Shown here: positions 58,029 to 64,000 of the stretch, piece by piece
Position numbering within the stretch: the stretch's first letter is position 1
How the letters are laid out: each line of letters opens with the position of its first letter
Assembly (NCBI GenBank): GCA_965140415.1
Contig: OZ223209.1
Span: forward strand, 3,168,001-3,232,000
DNA: 64,000 bases
Origin: Myxococcota bacterium
Lineage (GTDB): Bacteria; Myxococcota_A; SURF-8
Direction of reading: 5' to 3'
Position numbers and translations under genes: made by a program
The notes under the pieces: generated by a model
Told to the model about the DNA's origin: nothing
What the model saw: the letters and a program-made list of their open reading frames with translations, nothing else
The model's database searches: none

Positions 58029-59810
58029 ATGGGTGAGCATCCGAATCCTTACTATGTTGATGAATCGAAGCCTTGGTTCTCCGAAGAAGCTGGTTGGCCG
58101 GCAGAGGTTCCCAAAAACGTTGAGTTCCCGAATCTGTCGCTGGGGCAGATGTTGCGGGAATCCGCGCAAAAATGGCCCAACCACAATGTGGCCTGGTTTT
58201 TGGACACCTTCATGACTTACAAGCAATTGGATGACTACGTCGACCACTTCGCTTCCGCACTTCATAAACTGGGCGTGCGCAAGGGTGATGTCGTCTCCAT
58301 GTTGTTACCTAACAGCTTCCAGTATCTTGTGGGTTATTACGCAGCAGCCAGAATCGGCGCTGTCGCTTCCGGTGTCAACCCCACCTACAAACCGATGGAA
58401 ATTCTGCATCAGCTTAAAACCGTCAATTCCAAGGTTCTGGTTGTCCTGGATGCCCTGTATGAAACCGCAATTGCCCCCATCATCGAAGAATCCCCGGTGG
58501 AATACGTCGTCTCGACAAACATTACCGACCTGCTTGGACTGTCGCCGATCAAGCGTTTTCTGGGCAAGATGCTGAAAAAGATTCCAACGGGTGCAGTGCC
58601 CGCCGGAACGTTGCAGTTCAAAGATCTTATTAAAACGCCGATCAATCTACCCCAGGTTACGGTGGATGCGTATGATGTCGCCACCTATATCATGACCGGT
58701 GGCACCACCGGCGTTCCCAAAGCCGCGATCTTGTCCCACATGAATTGCGTGGCCAACAGCATTCAATGCGAGAAATGGCTGTATAAAGTAGCGACCGGTT
58801 CTTGCAACGTCGGCGTACTGCCGCTGTTCCACAGCTTTGCCATGACCGCAGTGATGAACTGTAGCGTTCGTGTTGGCGCGTGGATGATGCTCTTCCCGCG
58901 TCCGCCGGAGACTGCTGAATTACTGGAACGCATCGCAGAGTTGGGCGTAGACGAAAAAACCATGTACTGCGGAGCGGAAATCCTGTTCCAGCGCATTGCC
59001 GAGTTCCCTGGTATCGAAGACATGAAGATCAATGGCAAACTGTCGCTGTGCGTCAGTGGAGCCGGGCCGCTGCATCGACCGGTGCAGGAAGCCTTTGAAA
59101 AACGCACAGGCGCTCGCTTGTCCGAAGGTTTCGGCCTTACGGAATCCTCTCCGGTCGTGTCCGCCGGTCCATTCTGGGGAAATCGCATCGTCGGCTCTAT
59201 TGGCCTGCCCTTCCCCGGCACGGAATGGAAAATCATGGATGTCGAGAATTTCGGAAAAGAAAAAGAACTCTGCCCTGTGGGCCAGGAACCGGATCAGGAT
59301 ATCCATATCGGCGAGTTGTGCGTGGCCGGTCCCCAGGTGATGGTCGGTTATCTGAATCGCCCGGATGAAACCGCCGATACCGTTGTGGAATGGAATGGCA
59401 AGAAGTGGCTTCGCACCGGCGACATCGGTTTCCTGGACGAAATGGGCCGAGGCTACATCCGCGATCGTCTGAAGCAACTGATCAAGTACAAAGGCTATTC
59501 GGTATTCCCGAAAGAAGTCGAAGAATTGGTTGGGCAACACGAATCCGTGCTTGAGGTGGCGGTCGCAGGTCTGCCGGACAGTGAAACCGGCGAGCGTATC
59601 AAAGCCTGGGTGGTATTGCGTAATGAGTGGAAGGGGAAAATCAGTGAAGAGGAACTGATGCAGTGGTGTCGCAAGAGCATGACTCACTACAAAGTTCCCA
59701 GCTTTATCAACTTCATCGATGAACTCCCCAAAACGCTGGTGGGAAAAGTGCTGCGTCGCGAGTTGCAGGAAGCCGATCCCATTTACATCGAATACCACAA
59801 AAACAAATAA
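58029..59810 (+). CDS. Long-chain fatty acid--CoA ligase (FadD-like)
   Basis: TGGTTGVPKA, LPLFHSF, EGFGLTESSP, GPQVMVGY, WLRTGDIG, DRLK.LIK..G.SVFP.EVE, LPKTLVGK. Confidence 0.92.
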   Translation: MGEHPNPYYVDESKPWFSEEAGWPAEVPKNVEFPNLSLGQMLRESAQKWPNHNVAWFLDTFMTYKQLDDYVDHFASALHKLGVRKGDVVSMLLPNSFQYLVGYYAAARIGAVASGVNPTYKPMEILHQLKTVNSKVLVVLDALYETAIAPIIEESPVEYVVSTNITDLLGLSPIKRFLGKMLKKIPTGAVPAGTLQFKDLIKTPINLPQVTVDAYDVATYIMTGGTTGVPKAAILSHMNCVANSIQCEKWLYKVATGSCNVGVLPLFHSFAMTAVMNCSVRVGAWMMLFPRPPETAELLERIAELGVDEKTMYCGAEILFQRIAEFPGIEDMKINGKLSLCVSGAGPLHRPVQEAFEKRTGARLSEGFGLTESSPVVSAGPFWGNRIVGSIGLPFPGTEWKIMDVENFGKEKELCPVGQEPDQDIHIGELCVAGPQVMVGYLNRPDETADTVVEWNGKKWLRTGDIGFLDEMGRGYIRDRLKQLIKYKGYSVFPKEVEELVGQHESVLEVAVAGLPDSETGERIKAWVVLRNEWKGKISEEELMQWCRKSMTHYKVPSFINFIDELPKTLVGKVLRRELQEADPIYIEYHKNK

Positions 59811-59832
59811 CGATCCTCCGGATTGACCCCCG

Positions 59833-59882
59833 AACGCCCCTGAAAACGATGATGCTTTCAGGGGCGTTTCAGTTTACTTTTT
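59833..59882 (+). terminator. Intrinsic terminator
   Basis: AACGCCCCTGAAA / TTTCAGGGGCGTT stem followed by a T-rich tail. Confidence 0.8.
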
Positions 59883-60108
59883 CATTTTCAGAAATCAATA
59901 GAACCGTAAAAATCACGGGGTTGAAACATCAAATGACGTTCACATCTGCATGAAATATGAAAGCTTCCCGAAGAAATCCTTCTTCATTGTCTGAATTCGG
60001 TAAAATTGGGGTTGCTTTCATCCATAATCTTTAGGATAATTAAGTGTAATATTTCATGAGCATAGCTTGCTGTTCCATTCTCTGTTCAAAGCAGGAGGAG
60101 TCCGTTTC

Positions 60109-60890
60109 ATGGCGCACGTGATTGTCATGCATGGTCGGGATGTAATCCAGAAAATCAAGCTGGAAAAAGTAGAGAACCTGATTGGCCGTTCGCTTGGAGC
60201 CGAAATACCGCTGGACAACGTGCTGGTCAGCCGGCGTCACGCGATGTTGGCAAAAGAGCGGGGAATCTGGATCGTTCGTGAACTATCCGGAAAAAACGGC
60301 ATTTACGTCAATGGGGAACGGGTGCGCAAACACGCATTACGCGATGGAGATCAGATCGGCGTCGGCAAGTATACGATCCGATTCTGGTTTCACGGGATGA
60401 AGTCGAGCGCGATCTGGCCGTTGCCCACGGCAAACCCGGAGCGGACTTTAAGGTGTCTACCGGTGATTTGCTTGGGGGCAAAACCGACAAGGAAGCGGTC
60501 AAGCGTGTTGTGCAAAAAGTGAATTCCTCCGAATCTACAATGCGGCTGGACAAGTCCGAGTTGGACACCCTGCGGCAGCAGATGAATTTACGCCAGAAAG
60601 CCCATTTCGTTGCGGTAACGCAGATGAGTCGGGCGACTTTCCCCTTGGACAAGACGGTCGTCACTATCGGGCGCGACAAGAGCTGTGACATTCCCCTTCC
60701 CGGCGGCCTTTTTGTCGGCAAAGTACATGCGGAAGTAAAATTCAATGGCAAAGCGTGGCTTATCGAGCACATCTCGGGTATGGCCGGTATTAAAGTCAAT
60801 GGCAACAAGGTAACTCAAGCGGCTCTTAGTGACGGCGACGAAGTGAAAATCGGATCGCATTGCATCCGTTTCCTGGACGATATGCACTGA
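60109..60890 (+). pseudogene. Tandem FHA-domain protein split by a 1-nt frameshift near 60384 (or a sequencing error)
   Basis: FHA1 (IGRS..VSRRHA..NG.YVNG..L.DGD.I.VG) and FHA2 (IGRD..HA..VNG..L.DGD.V.IG) lie in different frames; one added base joins them. Confidence 0.75.
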
Positions 60891-60924
60891 TTCTAAAGAA
60901 ACATCTTTACATATTGTTGTCATA

Positions 60925-60960
60925 AACGAAAAACGGCCCCCAAAGGGGCCGAATTTCGTT
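60925..60960. terminator. Bidirectional terminator between convergent genes
   Basis: CGGCCCC-CAAA-GGGGCCG flanked by A and T runs. Confidence 0.75.
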
Positions 60961-60975
60961 TGAGTCGTATCAAGA

Positions 60976-62139
60976 TCAGGTCGCGTCGGCTTTGAGATCC
61001 GCAGCTTTTCCGGTCGCTTCCCAGCTCATCTTGCTGACATTTTTTCCAAAGTGACCGTAAGAGGCCGTCTTTTTGTACATCGGCTTCTTCAGGTCCAGAT
61101 ATTCGATGATCTGAGCGGGTTTCAACGGGAAGTGCTTGCGAACCAGCTGGACGATTTTGCCGTCGTCTATGGCGCCTGTGCCGAAGCTATCCACCATAAC
61201 GGAAACCGGCTCGGCTACGCCGATTGCATAAGCCAGCTGCACTTCGCAACGCTGGGCCAGTTTGGCCGCTACGATGTTTTTGGCGATATGACGGGCCATA
61301 TAAGCTGCGGAGCGGTCCACCTTGCTCGGATCTTTACCCGAGAAGCAACCACCACCATGACGAGACCAGCCACCGTAGGTGTCCACGATGATCTTGCGTC
61401 CGGTCAGGCCGCAATCACCCAACGGACCGCCAACCACAAAGCGTCCGGTCGGATTGACGAGAATTTTTGTTTTGGCGTTGACCAGCTTTGGAGGAATCAC
61501 CGGTTTGATGACTTCCTCGATGATGCCTTCGCGGATGGCTTTGTCTTTGGCCTTGTTGCTGTGTTGGCTGGAGATGACGATAGTCGGGATATAAACGGCC
61601 TTATTGTCCTTGAATTCCACTGTAACCTGGGATTTGCCATCCGGTCCCAAGAAATCCAGAATGCCTTTCTTGCGGACGACCGACAAGCGCTTTGTAAGCT
61701 GATGAGCCAGGGAAATCGGCAGTGGCATCAATTCGCGAGTATCGTTACAGGCATAGCCGAACATCAAGCCTTGATCGCCTGCGCCCTGCTCCTTGAATTT
61801 GCCTGTTCCCTCGGTCACGCCCTGGCTGATGTCTGGCGATTGTTTATCGATGCTTGTAATCACTGCACAGGTATTGCAATCAAATCCCAATTTTGCATTG
61901 GTATAGCCGATTTCCTCGATTGTTTTGCGGACCACATCGGGGATATCCACGTAACATTCCGTTGTGATTTCACCGGCAACCACGGCCATTCCGGTCGTTA
62001 CCAGGGTTTCGCATGCTACGCGGGAGTTGGGATCCTGAGCCAACATGGAATCCAATATCGCATCGGAAATCTGATCGGCGACTTTGTCCGGGTGCCCTTC
62101 GGTAACCGATTCAGAACTGAACAAGAAATCTTTCAACAT
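60976..62139 (-). CDS. metK: S-adenosylmethionine synthetase
   Basis: [43 protein letters not shown]. Confidence 0.99.
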   Translation of the reverse strand: MLKDFLFSSESVTEGHPDKVADQISDAILDSMLAQDPNSRVACETLVTTGMAVVAGEITTECYVDIPDVVRKTIEEIGYTNAKLGFDCNTCAVITSIDKQSPDISQGVTEGTGKFKEQGAGDQGLMFGYACNDTRELMPLPISLAHQLTKRLSVVRKKGILDFLGPDGKSQVTVEFKDNKAVYIPTIVISSQHSNKAKDKAIREGIIEEVIKPVIPPKLVNAKTKILVNPTGRFVVGGPLGDCGLTGRKIIVDTYGGWSRHGGGCFSGKDPSKVDRSAAYMARHIAKNIVAAKLAQRCEVQLAYAIGVAEPVSVMVDSFGTGAIDDGKIVQLVRKHFPLKPAQIIEYLDLKKPMYKKTASYGHFGKNVSKMSWEATGKAADLKADAT

Positions 62140-62483
62140 TAAAGGCCTCCTTGCGGTCTATGTGGTCGTAACAGAAGGAATTCATGCATTCAGTTTGCAT
62201 GTTGCAATCCCTCTTGCGACCTTTAACTAGCTCGTCAATAGGGCGTATTGTCTATCATTGCACATAGGTTTTGTCAAGGATTTGTGACGGTTGACATAAT
62301 GTTGTACTCACATTCTAGTGAATTGCTTTTGCAAATTTCGTTTAACCCGATCGGGCGCACAGGTTTACATGGAAGGCTGTAACTAATAAGTGTAATAATA
62401 TCAGCAATATGCCTTTGGCGATATTTCTTAAGTAGTGTTAAAAAGAAGCTTTCATATTGAGTAAGTCGGAGTATCAAATTTTC

Positions 62484-62512
62484 TTGACAGTATAGTGAAA
62501 ATCCCCTACTGT
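62484..62512 (+). promoter_or_regulatory. Possible sigma70 promoter
   Basis: TTGACA-N17-TACTGT, about 50 nt upstream of ATG 62562. Confidence 0.45.
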
Positions 62513-62561
62513 TTGCAGTCAATAAACGATGGATCTCTTACCATAACTATTGAGGTATCCC

Positions 62562-62747
62562 ATGTCGTCAATCGAAGAACAGTTCGAAGTTCTATATGAT
62601 TATTTCTCTGAAGATTCGGTCGAAAGTATGTTCAATAATCTTCCCCAGGAAACATTGGACGAAGTCCTTCAGGTGATTCAACTGGTAGATAAACGCTTGA
62701 ATCAGTACAAAAGTCGAATTAAAGAGATGGAAGCTCGGATGAAGTAG
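62562..62747 (+). CDS. Small helical hypothetical protein (61 aa)
   Basis: GAGGT RBS, protein-like composition, coiled-coil-like C-terminus, upstream promoter candidate. Confidence 0.6.
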   Translation: MSSIEEQFEVLYDYFSEDSVESMFNNLPQETLDEVLQVIQLVDKRLNQYKSRIKEMEARMK

Positions 62748-63079
62748 CGGGTCGGCAGTCTTTTTTCAATCTCAAAATCAGATCAAGTTGTGGGGGTAAG
62801 GGAGAGTTGCGATCTGGTCAAGGACTACATCGGAATTAGTGATGTTTCGGTGTGATCTAAAACCCGGATATGAATACGGGTGCTTTCTACTTGCTTTTAC
62901 CTCCCCATCATCTCTTCATCTGCTTTTTTCATAAAAAGCAGTACCCAATTCCGGCCTCATCTTGTATTATCAGTAGACAACATGAAGTATAGTTCCAGAA
63001 TATAAAGAGGCGAGATCGCCGATCTGGCAGCGATTTAGGTTATTCATTCCAACACGATGCTTTGGAAGGGGAACTCTAT

Positions 63080-64000
63080 ATGCAGGCAATCGAACAAGCA
63101 TTAACCTGGTTAAATGGATATCTCTGGGGACCGCCGATGCTTATCCTTCTGTTCGGCACCCATCTGTTCTTTACGTTTCGATTGCGTTTCATTCAACGCT
63201 TTATGGGTTTGGCGATTAAGTTGTCTTTGCGACGCGACCCCAAAAGCCCCGGCGATATCAGTCAGTTCGGCGCATTGACAACGTCGCTTGCCGCAACGAT
63301 CGGCACAGGCAATATTGTTGGAGTGGCTACCGCCGTCGCTTTAGGTGGTCCGGGAGCGGTGCTTTGGTGCTGGTTGACCGGTGTGTTCGGAATTTCAACC
63401 AAGTACGCAGAGGCGTTGCTTGCCGTAAAATACCGGGTTAAAACGGAAGACGGCACCATGCTTGGTGGTCCGATGTACGCGCTTGAGCGTGGATTGAACA
63501 TGAAATGGGCCGGCGTATTATTCGCGCTCTTCACTGCGATAGCGGCTTTCGGTATCGGAAATATGGTGCAAGCGAATTCCTTATCCACGATGGCCGAAGA
63601 ATCGTTGAACATCAGTCCCTGGATTACAGGATTGATTCTGACTGTCTTGACCGCCTCGGTGATTTTAGGTGGCATTAAGTCTATTGCCAAGGTTTGCGAG
63701 CGACTCGTCCCCTTCATGGCTATTTTCTATGTGATTGGCTGTCTGGTGATTCTAACCATGAATTTCAGCGCCATTCCTCATGCCATCAAACTGATTCTGG
63801 ATGCCGCTTTTTCCGGTCAGGCCGCTGCGGGTGGTTTTGTCGGCGCTACGATTATGATGGCCGCCCGTTTTGGAGTCGCGCGTGGACTGTTCTCCAATGA
63901 GTCCGGGCTGGGTTCGGCTCCCATCGTTGCCGCCGCTGCACGAACCCGCAATCCCGTTCGGCAAGCGCTGGTCAGTGCTTCCGGCACCTTCTGGGATACG
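63080..64000 (+). CDS. Alanine/glycine:cation symporter (AGCS family); runs off the window and is absent from the ORF track
   Basis: Hand translation MQAIEQ..LWGPPM..GDISQFGAL..SLAATIGTGNIVGVATA..GGPGA..TKYAE..LAVKYR..GGPMY..GVARGLFSNESGLGS. Confidence 0.95.
   Translation, partial: MQAIEQALTWLNGYLWGPPMLILLFGTHLFFTFRLRFIQRFMGLAIKLSLRRDPKSPGDISQFGALTTSLAATIGTGNIVGVATAVALGGPGAVLWCWLTGVFGISTKYAEALLAVKYRVKTEDGTMLGGPMYALERGLNMKWAGVLFALFTAIAAFGIGNMVQANSLSTMAEESLNISPWITGLILTVLTASVILGGIKSIAKVCERLVPFMAIFYVIGCLVILTMNFSAIPHAIKLILDAAFSGQAAAGGFVGATIMMAARFGVARGLFSNESGLGSAPIVAAAARTRNPVRQALVSASGTFWDT

Noticed and set aside
58920-59798. 292-aa antisense ORF
   Set aside because: Shadow of the acyl-CoA ligase gene; no protein motifs.
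61051-62142. 363-aa antisense ORF
   Set aside because: Codon-bias shadow of the highly conserved metK.
62140-62300. SAM riboswitch upstream of metK
   Set aside because: No SAM-I or SAM-II consensus seen on the minus strand.

Overview
A 64-kb chromosomal window from a Gram-negative bacterium. It looks Myxococcota/deltaproteobacteria-like; this is inferred from MYXO-CTERM-like sorting tails, a PEGA protein, many Cys-rich lipoproteins, a Ser/Thr kinase and FHA proteins. Core and metabolic genes include hflX, pepP, an M49 peptidase, an eight-gene glycogen operon (three GH57 enzymes, DUF4912, glgA, sensor kinase, response regulator, glgC), thi4-thiE under a TPP riboswitch, a fatty acyl-CoA ligase, metK and an alanine/glycine symporter. 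Nine exported proteins share an acidic 'DGD' repeat tract. The most notable observations are: (1) a tight ~100-nt four-way-junction structure at 8661-8761 that matches no RNA family I recognise; (2) an AT-rich orphan Rhs toxin/immunity cassette whose truncated ends coincide with two related GTAG/GCAG REP-like hairpins; (3) the DGD tether plus C-terminal GC-TM-basic surface-display system, including an anchored peptidoglycan amidase; (4) an hflX that appears to start at a non-canonical ATC codon; (5) a two-component pair overlapping genes inside the glycogen operon; (6) a TMTC-like glycosyltransferase cluster. I saw no rRNA, tRNA, CRISPR array, transposase or reverse transcriptase. All family calls come from motif recognition by eye; no database search was run.
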